Made by a program: the position numbers and the translations under genes. From an uncultured bacterium (GTDB lineage: Bacteria; Chlamydiota; Chlamydiia; Chlamydiales; Rhabdochlamydiaceae): a stretch of DNA of 64,000 bases. Location of the stretch: the NCBI GenBank assembly GCA_964580785.1, contig CAZOKX010000003.1, positions 2,512 to 66,511 of the forward strand, in the 5' to 3' direction. Shown here in pieces: positions 18,332 to 27,176 of this stretch. The notes under the pieces are model-generated. The model had not been told where the DNA came from. It worked only from the letters and a program-made list of their open reading frames with translations, and did no database searches. How positions within the stretch are numbered: the first letter of the stretch is position 1; each line of letters opens with the position of its first letter.

Positions 18332-18799
18332 TTAAGACGGAATAATTTTTGATTGTCCCCAGACAATGATGGTTGCTGGATCCGCCGCCCCTGTAATAGG
18401 GACAGACGTACCAGAAATCACTCCCAGTGCCAGAGTTGCGCTTGCTACCGTTGTCAAGGTCACCGTTCCTCCAACATTTGCTCCGATGGCATAGAGATAG
18501 TGAGTTGGGCTCGCTGTATCGACGGCGAACAAAACGCAAAGAGAGCCACTAATCGGGAAAATATTGACGCCAGATCCGTCCGTGACAATCGCTTGTTCTT
18601 CTTGCTGCTTGAACCAATTCAGCCAACGCCAGGTATAGCGCGCCAGCCAGTTGAACCAGTTTCGAGGGGGGTATTCAAGCCTGGCCCAACCCTCTAATTT
18701 TTTCTCGGGAGGCGGCTCAAGAACGTTGTTTTGCCCTGATATTGGGTCCACAACGTCATTTTCGGCCCATTCGGGTAAGATTGTGGGTTTTGATACCAT
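18332..18799 (-). CDS. Tail-fibre proximal (baseplate-attachment) protein
   Basis: 155 aa. The N-terminus PEWAENDVVDPISGQNNVLEPPPEKKLEGWARLEYPPRNWFNW is a pattern common at the N-termini of phage fibres. Confidence 0.5.
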   Translation of the reverse strand: MVSKPTILPEWAENDVVDPISGQNNVLEPPPEKKLEGWARLEYPPRNWFNWLARYTWRWLNWFKQQEEQAIVTDGSGVNIFPISGSLCVLFAVDTASPTHYLYAIGANVGGTVTLTTVASATLALGVISGTSVPITGAADPATIIVWGQSKIIPS

Positions 18800-18808
18800 G
18801 GTTTCTCC

Positions 18809-19564
18809 TTAAGGTGGTGGCGGCTCTGAGCCGTTAAACATGATTACTTCTGCCAGTTGCCCAGCTCCTGTCGTATCAATAGGTGTTCCAAACTCTGCAA
18901 AGCAGCCACCGAATGTGGGATTGACGACATTGCCCGCATTGACTGCTAAAAGATCGACAACCTGCACTTGAAGGTTTCTAAAATCGAAGGGGGTAGATTC
19001 AAAAGGAGCGACATCGAGAAGCTCAATGATTGGATCTCCGCTAAACACAAAAGGAAGGGGTACTCCGTAAGTTGCGGTGATAGGTGTGTATTGAACGGCT
19101 GCAGGGCTCACTGATTGGATCGCAGAGACTAATTGCTCGGGTGGAACAGAGAATGTGATCCCGTCCGTATCCATTTGGAAGGCTGCGGGGTAATATTCGT
19201 GGTAGCGGATCTTGGTTGCTTTGGTCAAAAACTTGAGAACGGCGATCACTTCCTCGGGAGTCCCATTGGATTTATTGATGAAGATCTGAAATTTCAGTTT
19301 TTCTCTATAATCATCGTCCGATTCGTCCGGAAGTCGACTAAGCCCTAAGATTTGCCCAAGGCCGTCAAGCTGAACGCCGACCGATGTTTCGATAGAGCGC
19401 TGAGATTTCAAGGTTTGATCGACATCGTCAATTTCTTGAAATTGAGTGACAAACGCCTGAATCAACCGTTGGAAACGACTGTATTCTCCATCTAAGAGGC
19501 TCTGCTGAAATTGACCAGCTAGTAGGGCGATCGCTCTTTGGACATGATTCGGTATTAAGGCCAT
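18809..19564 (-). CDS. Baseplate wedge / fibre-attachment protein (P2 gpI / DUF2612-like)
   Basis: 251 aa, immediately downstream of the baseplate J gene. GVQLDGLGQILGLSRLPDESDDDYREKLKFQIFINKSNGTPEEV fits the wedge-protein pattern. Confidence 0.55.
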   Translation of the reverse strand: MALIPNHVQRAIALLAGQFQQSLLDGEYSRFQRLIQAFVTQFQEIDDVDQTLKSQRSIETSVGVQLDGLGQILGLSRLPDESDDDYREKLKFQIFINKSNGTPEEVIAVLKFLTKATKIRYHEYYPAAFQMDTDGITFSVPPEQLVSAIQSVSPAAVQYTPITATYGVPLPFVFSGDPIIELLDVAPFESTPFDFRNLQVQVVDLLAVNAGNVVNPTFGGCFAEFGTPIDTTGAGQLAEVIMFNGSEPPPP

Positions 19565-19583
19565 TGTGCTACCTCTTTCTTTG

Positions 19584-21569
19584 TCATACCGTCACCGTGA
19601 TGCGCGATAGATCAAATACCGCTATTTCATTCTCTTGGATCGGAATGTCAGCCGTTCCATAAAGAGGGCTATCCCCAGGGCCATTAGTCGCAGCGATCTG
19701 CATAATTCCGCTTGCGATCCCAGGAACATTAAAGATTTGGGCTAAAACCCGTTGTAAGAGAACATCAACCCCGATCCCTAAGTTGTTCCCATATGTATTG
19801 ATTGCGGAAGCTACTAGGTCTTGTCCATTTGGTGGGAAGGTCTCCTCTGAGTAGAGGGTTAGCGCAACCGTAACCCAAATGTAGATGGGGGTGGGGCGGC
19901 TAAAGTTGATGACCTGTTGTTCACCCTGTGAGTCGGTGATGGTAAAGGACGTATTACCGAAGGTTTGGATCCCCGCCGGTTTGGTAAGCCAGATTTTATT
20001 TGCAACGTCAGCATCAGAACCTCCTTCTACGACTGCTTCGAAACTTTTGGCGAGACGACCGCCTTTAAATACTGCTTGAGCTTGACTCGCCCCACCAGTG
20101 ACTGAAAAAGTTGTGATAGTGACCTCAGCCGACTCTTTCATAGACATGGTAATTGTTCGATTAGCTGTCCCACCCACGACTGCCGAAGCAATTTGGGGCT
20201 GATTAGCGAGCACAATTGCTATTGCATTCATCGTATCGAGGTGTGAGGTAGCAAAGGTGACAATGGGAAGCATTTGAATGGTATTGAAAACAATCGTGAT
20301 CGTATTTCCGGTGACCAAATCTTGATTGAGTACGATATCGATAGGCTCTTGAGTCATCGTCCTGTTTTCGAAGATGAAAGCTGAGGTAACTCCTGGGACT
20401 TGCTGGAGAAGGCGCGCTCTAATGGACTCGACAGTTCCAGCTCCTAACAGGCGAATAGAATTATTTCTTCTGATGCGCAGCTCAGCATCCGTTTCGATAA
20501 AACGGCCAGTTACGCCAGCCTTTGGATTATTGATCGAATTCCAGCCTGAAATGGGGGTTAAAATTTCTACCAACGTGTTGATAGGAGCGGCGATAGGGGC
20601 AAAATCTTGGGATGAAAAGGCAATCGGAGAAGATTGAGCTGTGATACTTAGGTTAGTCCCTACACTGATAGAAAAAGGGACATCGGGATCATCGGCCACA
20701 ATGGACAAGCTCCCTGTCAAATCGGTCGCTACAATAGTTGAAATCGTCGCATTGATGATGCTGGTTAAATTTTGGGAGACGGCATTGACGGTGGGTGTAG
20801 CAAAAGTCACTGCATAAGTGGGTTGGGAAGCACCCCCTGTTATGACAATTGAATTGATCACGACATTCTTGCCTAACACTGGGATGATACTGATGATATT
20901 TGGGTTGGTAGGCGTGGCAGATAAGACGTCTGGATTGGCCGCGATCGCAGTGGATAGATCTGCAAGAGTTTGGTTATTGCTTGTATTGAAAGGGACGGCG
21001 GCCAATGTCGTCCCATTGAGGGTTACGACGATCGAGTTTCCAGCAACAAAGCTCCCTGTAAAGGTGATGATAGGGAGAGAATAGGTAAGGGCTTGGTTAT
21101 TGATGATAACGGTGTAAGCTTGAGGCGCTGCTAGCCCTACTTGGATGGTAGCGGAGGCTGCATTGGACCGAGTGATAAATGCATCTGCTTGACAAAAGAA
21201 AACAGCGCCCGTATCTGGAATTCTGGCTAATGCCCCTTGATTAATAAGAGTACCTTCCAGTCCTGCACATACAGCGGTAACCTTCGTTTGTTGCGCCGCT
21301 AGTCGAGTGATTGCATTCAATTGAACGACATTATCCAGGCTAATTCCTTCAGCGGAGTTTGGGTACTGGCTGAAGTAGACATCCTGCATATTTTCCCATA
21401 TGTCGGCCTCTACCTTTGAAATAACGCCGATAAGCTGACCAAAGATTGATTGAGGATCCAGGTTGATTTCGCCAAAGGCTGCGAGTAACAGGTTCTCATT
21501 TTCTGCAACGATGTCTGGTAATCGTTTGATCTTGAAACCTTGAGGAGTGAGCCCGAATGGAGAGGTCAT
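19584..21569 (-). CDS. Baseplate J-like wedge protein with two inserted ~90-aa domains
   Basis: 661 aa, positioned after the gp25-like gene. Insert copies at aa ~166-256 and ~411-501 (…VTLNGTTLAAVPFNTS…[10 protein letters not shown] / …VTFATSHLDTMNAIA…VTGGASQAQ). Confidence 0.65.
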   Translation of the reverse strand: MTSPFGLTPQGFKIKRLPDIVAENENLLLAAFGEINLDPQSIFGQLIGVISKVEADIWENMQDVYFSQYPNSAEGISLDNVVQLNAITRLAAQQTKVTAVCAGLEGTLINQGALARIPDTGAVFFCQADAFITRSNAASATIQVGLAAPQAYTVIINNQALTYSLPIITFTGSFVAGNSIVVTLNGTTLAAVPFNTSNNQTLADLSTAIAANPDVLSATPTNPNIISIIPVLGKNVVINSIVITGGASQPTYAVTFATPTVNAVSQNLTSIINATISTIVATDLTGSLSIVADDPDVPFSISVGTNLSITAQSSPIAFSSQDFAPIAAPINTLVEILTPISGWNSINNPKAGVTGRFIETDAELRIRRNNSIRLLGAGTVESIRARLLQQVPGVTSAFIFENRTMTQEPIDIVLNQDLVTGNTITIVFNTIQMLPIVTFATSHLDTMNAIAIVLANQPQIASAVVGGTANRTITMSMKESAEVTITTFSVTGGASQAQAVFKGGRLAKSFEAVVEGGSDADVANKIWLTKPAGIQTFGNTSFTITDSQGEQQVINFSRPTPIYIWVTVALTLYSEETFPPNGQDLVASAINTYGNNLGIGVDVLLQRVLAQIFNVPGIASGIMQIAATNGPGDSPLYGTADIPIQENEIAVFDLSRITVTV

Positions 21570-21928
21570 GCTACAAGCTCCTGCGTTAAGGTGATTTCGC
21601 CTTGGACAGTGCTTACAGAAAATGTGACCGAATAGATGCGCCGCTGAGCATTGAAGTTGCTTACGAAGCTAAGAATTTGGAAAATACCAGGGGTATCCAG
21701 GATTTCTTCTTTAAGAACGCTTTCTATGCGAATTTGATTAGGAGCTTTAATGAAGAAATCATCGTAATAGGGGACACCGGCTGTGGTGTCTAGAAACCAT
21801 TCTCCTAGAATAAAGCGGAGCCTAATCGCTAAGTTTTGAGCGATTTGATCACGGCCTTCTACTAGTTGAAGGTCAAAGTTTTCTAAAAGTAAGTCGCCGG
21901 TCGTTGGATCCAGCGCGATATCTTTCAT
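21566..21928 (-). CDS. Baseplate gp25/W-like (sheath-initiator, DUF2634-like) protein
   Basis: 120 aa. MKDIALDPTTGDLLLENFDLQLVEGRDQIAQNLAIRLRFILGEWFLDTTAGVPY. Overlaps the baseplate J start by 4 nt. Confidence 0.6.
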   Translation of the reverse strand: MKDIALDPTTGDLLLENFDLQLVEGRDQIAQNLAIRLRFILGEWFLDTTAGVPYYDDFFIKAPNQIRIESVLKEEILDTPGIFQILSFVSNFNAQRRIYSVTFSVSTVQGEITLTQELVA

Positions 21929-22015
21929 GAAGCCTCGTTAACTCAAAAACGTTTCCTAATCGTTTACGGTTGGGTCTTTGAGTTAATCGAGACTATTGGG
22001 TATGCTTGGTAGCTA

Positions 22016-22666
22016 TTAAGGGATTGATCCCTTGATAGAGTCCAAAGCTAATTTTAAACTTGCGTAAGTGGGTCCTACTCCTTGGAAAATTGGGCTTCCT
22101 GGTGCTGTTGTCACAGAAGTTATCAAAATTCCAAGTATACTGCTGACGATATCTAGCACTTCTGCTGAGGTATTTCCTATCGCCACCTTTGAAGCTGTTT
22201 CGATTTGAATATCTCCACTAGCTTTAATTCTTATACTAGAGTTTTTGTATGTTAAAAGCACGTCTTCATTGTTTTCGGATAAAGAATTTTCTGAAAATGG
22301 AAGAAGCCCCATAATTGCGACAGCATCGGAGAGATCGAATTTTCTTGGATCATTGGGAGCAACCACTCCGCCTACAGATTTCCAAAGATCGGTGCTTCTT
22401 TCAATAAACAAGAGAAGGCATGTGTCACCTGGTAAAACCGGAAAAGTCAAGCTTGCCTCACCTGATCGTGGGAAAATCACGGGGACATTATTGAGTATCG
22501 GCATTTCTTGAGTAGTTCCGTCTAGATAGCTCTTCTTTAAACAAGGTTGGATCGTCGCTTTTTGGATCGAGTAATCATAAGAGATGATTTGACCAGGCAG
22601 TGCGGTATGGACGTCGTATAGCTGAAATAAAACGGCCTGTCTCATAGCATCGGTCATTGTGGTCAT
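22016..22666 (-). CDS. Central baseplate spike (Mu gp45 / Gp138 N-terminal domain-like)
   Basis: 216 aa. LPGQIISYDYSIQKATIQPCLKK...PILNNVPVIFPRSGEASLTFPVLPGDTCLLLFIERS fits the spike OB-fold N-domain pattern. Confidence 0.55.
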   Translation of the reverse strand: MTTMTDAMRQAVLFQLYDVHTALPGQIISYDYSIQKATIQPCLKKSYLDGTTQEMPILNNVPVIFPRSGEASLTFPVLPGDTCLLLFIERSTDLWKSVGGVVAPNDPRKFDLSDAVAIMGLLPFSENSLSENNEDVLLTYKNSSIRIKASGDIQIETASKVAIGNTSAEVLDIVSSILGILITSVTTAPGSPIFQGVGPTYASLKLALDSIKGSIP

Positions 22667-23526
22667 ACTAAGATCATCTCCATAATTGAGCGCCAGTTGG
22701 GGCCGAAAGTATCCCCCTCGTGCTTGATTGAGAAAACCGAATAGGGGCCATCGAGTCCAATTCTTTGCGATTTAACATTGATCAAGTCTCCAGGAAGAAT
22801 GTCAGGGCGCAGGGTTGTTGTGACAATGTAACCCGTCTTCGGGCCATCTAGGTAAAGGCTAGCCCTTTTGTCTGTAAATCTTTGGGGGATGCCAATCATG
22901 CCTGTATCCGCATTGATTTCTACGGCTGGTTTTGAGGTAGTGCCAAATTGGGGAATGATTTGAAGCTGACCGTTTTGGACGCTCCATTTTAGCCCTAGTC
23001 TTGAGACGGCTTTATCGATTGCATTCTTGCCCATTCCTATGAACTCAAAGCCTTGCTCGTAAATAATATTATCAGTAGGAGCAAACTCAGAAATAGTAAG
23101 TCCCATTTGCTGGGCGATTGTCTCGACAACCTGACGCACGGCGACCTTCTCTTTGAAGCTGACGGTAATATTCTTTTGATTAAGAATCCTTTCGCCATCT
23201 CCACAGTCCAAGGTTGTGATGATTTCGGGTTGTTCGTAAGCATGGCTGACTTGTGTGGTGTTGCCGATGAAAAGCAATTGTTCCCCTGCGGCTTGACTGT
23301 ATCCGGCTGACACGATGACTTGGTCTCCATAGTCTTTAATCCTATTTCTATTTTCTTGGCTTAAATTCCATATTTTTACCGAGGCTGTGTTGGCTGACCA
23401 GGCTAGATTTTTTTGCATAGAGAAAGCGATGCGTAAGTTTGCCAGTTTTATGCTCCCAATATACCCACTAAAAGTGGCATTTCTTAAATCTATCTGGACA
23501 CTTGCTACACGATTAAATCGGGTCAT
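22663..23526 (-). CDS. Baseplate hub protein (Mu gp44 / XkdQ-like)
   Basis: 287 aa. LRIAFSMQKNLAWSANTASVKIWNLSQENRNRIKDYGDQVIVSAGY is a typical hub-protein N-terminal pattern. Confidence 0.55.
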   Translation of the reverse strand: MTRFNRVASVQIDLRNATFSGYIGSIKLANLRIAFSMQKNLAWSANTASVKIWNLSQENRNRIKDYGDQVIVSAGYSQAAGEQLLFIGNTTQVSHAYEQPEIITTLDCGDGERILNQKNITVSFKEKVAVRQVVETIAQQMGLTISEFAPTDNIIYEQGFEFIGMGKNAIDKAVSRLGLKWSVQNGQLQIIPQFGTTSKPAVEINADTGMIGIPQRFTDKRASLYLDGPKTGYIVTTTLRPDILPGDLINVKSQRIGLDGPYSVFSIKHEGDTFGPNWRSIMEMILV

Positions 23527-23527
23527 T

Positions 23528-23848
23528 TTAGACGAACTCCCCTAAGGCATAATAAATTAATTCAGAGACTTCTCCCATGTCATAACGCTGAATTTTTCCT
23601 TGGCCGCCGATGATATTTTCACAGACAATATCCCCACTTGGCTTCCCATTTGTGACATATTGAGCGGTTAAATCGTAGTTGACGACTACCTTAATCCCTA
23701 CAATCAGGGGGACTAAATCTCTTGTGAGAATGTCCATGACCCAATATTCATTCATCGCATTCCAGCTGAAAGAGAGGACAAATGTTTGATTGCTGAGCTC
23801 GATTTGCTCTTGCCATTGAGAAGGCTCTTTAAAAGGAATGATCTGCAT
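23528..23848 (-). CDS. Small baseplate/tail protein (plug-like)
   Basis: 106 aa between the distal-tail and hub genes. FVLSFSWNAMNEYWVMDILTRDLVPLIVGIKVV. Confidence 0.4.
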   Translation of the reverse strand: MQIIPFKEPSQWQEQIELSNQTFVLSFSWNAMNEYWVMDILTRDLVPLIVGIKVVVNYDLTAQYVTNGKPSGDIVCENIIGGQGKIQRYDMGEVSELIYYALGEFV

Positions 23849-24495
23849 TATGTCACCCCCAGAATTTGACTTTTCACAGATAAGACGGTCGGTAGAATAT
23901 TGCCAGGGATAGGAGCTAAAGATTGGACTCCCACATTAATCCCGCTGGCTGCTTGGTCTTTTAAACTGTCTGGTGGGTCATTTTGAATGATAGGGTAGTT
24001 GGCATTTGAAGCTACGATGTCTCTAGGAATCTTAGTCTGAATCCCTCCAAAAATATTGCCTTGGTCCAGCAATAGCCTGACAGAAGTATCAAAGACAATC
24101 CTTTGCAGCTCAATAGTAAAGGTAAGGGATTGGCCAGTTCTAACATCTCTTGGCACGTCCAGAGTTGTGATGGCCATATTTTTATAAACTTTTAAGCCGG
24201 TTACGACGGTGATCACATCTCTGTTCTGGTGTAGCTGAATCAAACGATTGAAGGCATCAATGGAGCGATTAAAAGGAGCAAAAAGGGAAAGAGGGGTGTC
24301 TGTAACTAATCCAACCAGAACTACAATGTCTGGTTCATTGATGATATGATCTGAAACAATGGTGCCATCTTCGACAGGGTAATTTGTTACCCGCGATGCA
24401 AAGCGATGTTCTTCCCGAATGGTCACATCTAAATCGATCGAGCCAATTTTTGGACTCGGATATTTTTTGCCAAATAGAAGAGATAAGACCATCAT
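23848..24495 (-). CDS. Distal-tail / baseplate protein following the tape measure
   Basis: 215 aa, overlaps the tape-measure stop by 4 nt. IGSIDLDVTIREEHRFASRVTNYPVEDGTIVSDHI. Confidence 0.45.
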   Translation of the reverse strand: MMVLSLLFGKKYPSPKIGSIDLDVTIREEHRFASRVTNYPVEDGTIVSDHIINEPDIVVLVGLVTDTPLSLFAPFNRSIDAFNRLIQLHQNRDVITVVTGLKVYKNMAITTLDVPRDVRTGQSLTFTIELQRIVFDTSVRLLLDQGNIFGGIQTKIPRDIVASNANYPIIQNDPPDSLKDQAASGINVGVQSLAPIPGNILPTVLSVKSQILGVT

Positions 24496-25562
24496 TCCAC
24501 CTGGGGGTTATTGTTGTAGATTTCTCTTACCTGATCGATCAAAGCGCTTTTAATCACCTCATCGACAGTTTCTCGCAAGATAACTTGCTGCTGTTCGGTG
24601 GTCCCTGGGGGGACTTGCATCTCTATTTTCGTATCGATATTGAAGTTCTGTTCAGTGACAGCAGGAGCGTTTTTGGCAGCCTGATTTTCCATGATTCGAT
24701 TGATCTTCTGGGTGGCTTCGATTTCAAAGTCGGGGATATCCGCTAAATCTGACATGATCTCACGTTGGACCCCTTCACCGATCAGCTTAAAGGCTCCTTT
24801 AATCCCGCGAGCTACATAGCCAATGCCTCTCATGACGACTTCTAAGACTTTTACACCGGCTGTGATAGCAGGCAAAATATCCTCGACAAAAGCCATCTTG
24901 AAAGCTTCAAAAGTATTCCAAAAAGAGCGGATGGATTTATTGACTTCTTCGAAGGCAGGAAGAGAATTTTCAAGAGACTTGGCATAGTCGGCGTATTTAG
25001 CTGTCAAAACATCGAGGTTATCTCCTGCTTCCTGCGCAAATTTGATGAATTTTTGAGCATCTTCCTCGCCGAAGAAGAATTTGGCAATGGAGAATTTTTC
25101 AGTTTCGGTGCGTGCTTCATTGATCCTCTTAAGAATATCAATGAAGAGGTCACGAGCATTCTTGACTTCTCCTGTGAATTTATCTCGAAATTCAATGCCT
25201 GTGTAATAGGCAATGTTTGCCAAATCTCCCATGCCGTATTTGGCTTCGCGAAGCATTCTGCTCAAGCTTTTTAGGGCAGACTCAAAGTTTTTAGGGTCGA
25301 TCCTGAAATCTTCAGCTGTTTTTCTTAGCTTGAGAAACTCTTCAAAGGAAATACCTATGCTTTTTGCTAGGTCATTGGCATCAAGGGTTGCATCGGAAAT
25401 GTCTTTGAAAAATTCTAAAGTCTTAGCTACGAAGGCAGTTGCTGCCGTTGCGGCGATAGCAAATTTAGTTTTAAAGCCAATAATGGTGCGGTTGAAATCT
25501 TCAACCCCTTTCTTATCGACTACAAAACCGAGGACGGTGGTAAGCTCTCTAACTACTGTCAT
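24492..25562 (-). CDS. Tail tape-measure protein (short)
   Basis: 356 aa, largely helical. The N-terminal part resembles the tape-measure core (…GFKTKFAIAATAATAFVAKTLEFFKD…), and the gene sits after the chaperone pair. Confidence 0.6.
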   Translation of the reverse strand: MTVVRELTTVLGFVVDKKGVEDFNRTIIGFKTKFAIAATAATAFVAKTLEFFKDISDATLDANDLAKSIGISFEEFLKLRKTAEDFRIDPKNFESALKSLSRMLREAKYGMGDLANIAYYTGIEFRDKFTGEVKNARDLFIDILKRINEARTETEKFSIAKFFFGEEDAQKFIKFAQEAGDNLDVLTAKYADYAKSLENSLPAFEEVNKSIRSFWNTFEAFKMAFVEDILPAITAGVKVLEVVMRGIGYVARGIKGAFKLIGEGVQREIMSDLADIPDFEIEATQKINRIMENQAAKNAPAVTEQNFNIDTKIEMQVPPGTTEQQQVILRETVDEVIKSALIDQVREIYNNNPQVE

Positions 25563-25716
25563 TTCGACCCTTTTCTCTTAGATTCTTCCATCAAATCAAG
25601 CCGCATATCCAGTAGAGCATTTGCCCTCAGTAGATCATCTAGACTCCATGTGCGCTCGATCTCCTCTAAAGAAGCGATTCCTTCCAATATTATACGCCAG
25701 AAAAGAAACTCATTCT

Positions 25717-26193
25717 TTATGTCCGGATGGAGGTTTTTCTCGTGTCTGGCTGACGATTCTGCGGCATCGGTACTACGTTCCCGAATAGGTTTCCAATACC
25801 GCTCTCCCCAAAAAAAGAACCAAAGTTACAGTCGATAACAAACCATAAGACCTGCATGAGGGTGCCAAGATCTCCAGCAAATTCTACGTCTATGACAGAC
25901 TCTGTCAATTCCATACCGTCTTTTCTTACCCCTTGGCAGAGCTCAAGTACCAGGCTCTCAAAGGTTTTATCATCGAGCTGGCTCATTAAAGATTCTACTG
26001 CACGTACAGCTTCTACTTTTGAAAAGGGGAGACCAGATATGCTTTCATTGTTTCCTCCTGGCAGCAGTAGCTGAGCAAGAGCTGGGCCGAATAAGCGTAA
26101 TAGTTTGGCTTTTAAGCGAAGAGCTCTTCTAGCTGGCAGCTGCGTGACAGAATAGACGGCTCCTTTAATTTGCTTTTCTTTTGTTTGAATCAT
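25717..26193 (-). CDS. Tail assembly chaperone (gpG-like; the gpGT-like extension would reach 25559)
   Basis: 158 aa between the tube and tape-measure genes. An otherwise non-coding 154-nt gap lies before the tape measure, and the -1 frame fills it. Confidence 0.55.
   Translation of the reverse strand: MIQTKEKQIKGAVYSVTQLPARRALRLKAKLLRLFGPALAQLLLPGGNNESISGLPFSKVEAVRAVESLMSQLDDKTFESLVLELCQGVRKDGMELTESVIDVEFAGDLGTLMQVLWFVIDCNFGSFFGESGIGNLFGNVVPMPQNRQPDTRKTSIRT
25732..25740 (-). other. Candidate -1 programmed frameshift site (AGAAAAACC on the coding strand) in the tail chaperone gene
   Basis: A run of five A sits 6 codons before the chaperone stop. The -1 frame stays open for about 55 further codons and ends at TGA 25559-25561, overlapping the tape-measure ATG (ATGA). 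Confidence 0.5.
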
Positions 26194-26624
26194 ACATTTA
26201 CTCCATTACTTCCGACGAAGACGTCGAGATCAACTAGGTCCAAGACCCACTCGCGGTTTGCAAGGTCTTTCCCAAATTCTGAGGAGGGGTATTTCTTAAC
26301 CCATCCCGTTGCGCTGAAAAAGATAGAGTTACCGCTTAGATCCTTAACTAAAATGGGGACAACCCCCGCATTTGTGAGCTCATCGACATTCGCAAAGCCA
26401 GAGAGCACGTCGTTGCTTGGGCTTGACTGCTTGAGGGTAATGATCATGTTTCCAGAGCGGTTATTGCTCTTGATTCGTGTACTTGTGCCATCTGCACCAG
26501 TGACTTTATTCCATTGATTGTCATCTCTATCAACGGTAAGGAAAGAGCCGTCAGCAAAACCGCTCATCGGAACTCCACCTACCGTGATAATGACCTGTTT
26601 AGGGTCGTACGTCCTTACGCTCAT
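26190..26624 (-). CDS. Tail tube protein (DUF3277-like)
   Basis: 144 aa. MSVRTYDPKQVIITVGGVPMSGFADGSFLTVDRDDNQWNKVTGADG. Position relative to the sheath gene. Confidence 0.6.
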   Translation of the reverse strand: MSVRTYDPKQVIITVGGVPMSGFADGSFLTVDRDDNQWNKVTGADGTSTRIKSNNRSGNMIITLKQSSPSNDVLSGFANVDELTNAGVVPILVKDLSGNSIFFSATGWVKKYPSSEFGKDLANREWVLDLVDLDVFVGSNGVNV

Positions 26625-27121
26625 AGTGCACCTCCAATTTTACCATGCAAGTTTTTATGACAAGACACACAGAGCCATATAACATCTAAAGGTTTGCCAT
26701 AATCCTCGTGATGCCCCTCGATTCTTTTAGACTGAACTCCACATTTCTGGCATGCGGAGGGTTTTTCAATTTTGCCCATTTGGACTGCCTTTCTTAATTT
26801 GTTTCTAGCCCTATGTTTTTCAGGGTTTTCAGCAATATAATTGTTGATCTGTTGCCTGATCTTTTCTTTGTTTTCTCTGGCATACTGTTTGTGCCTTGCA
26901 AGGACCTGCTCTCTATATTTTTCATTGTTCCTGTAATAATTTAATTGGTAGCCAGCCTCTTTCTTCTTTTGCCTTTGACCAAGCTCAACAAGCTTCCCCT
27001 TTCCCGTTCCCTTATATTTCTTTTCTGCTTCCCTACATTTGCATCGTTTGCACACTTCTTTTTGTTTCTTAGGAAATTCAGAATCTTCCTTTTCTACTCC
27101 ACAACTTGAACATTTAAGCAT
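26621..27121 (-). CDS. HNH-type (homing) endonuclease-like zinc-finger protein inserted between the sheath and tube genes
   Basis: 166 aa. N-terminal CSSCGV...CKRCKC. C-terminal CQKCGVQSKRIEGHHEDYGKPLDVIWLCVSCHKNLH. Lys/Arg-rich centre. Confidence 0.6.
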   Translation of the reverse strand: MLKCSSCGVEKEDSEFPKKQKEVCKRCKCREAEKKYKGTGKGKLVELGQRQKKKEAGYQLNYYRNNEKYREQVLARHKQYARENKEKIRQQINNYIAENPEKHRARNKLRKAVQMGKIEKPSACQKCGVQSKRIEGHHEDYGKPLDVIWLCVSCHKNLHGKIGGAL

Positions 27122-27176
27122 AGGTCCCTCACTTTAGGGAGGGTACTATACCTTACTGCCATTTAAACCCTGCCCA

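Noticed and set aside
7349-18799. Diversity-generating retroelement, or invertible shufflon, driving fibre variation
   Set aside because: No reverse transcriptase, no template/variable repeat pair with A-specific differences, and no invertase are visible. All fibre genes are co-oriented. The paralogy looks like ancient module shuffling, not an active switch.
21938-21986. 10-bp inverted repeat TTAACTCAAA / TTTGAGTTAA between the spike and gp25-like genes
   Set aside because: The loop is 29 nt and there is no flanking T-run, so it is not a convincing terminator. It may be fortuitous in an 87-bp spacer.
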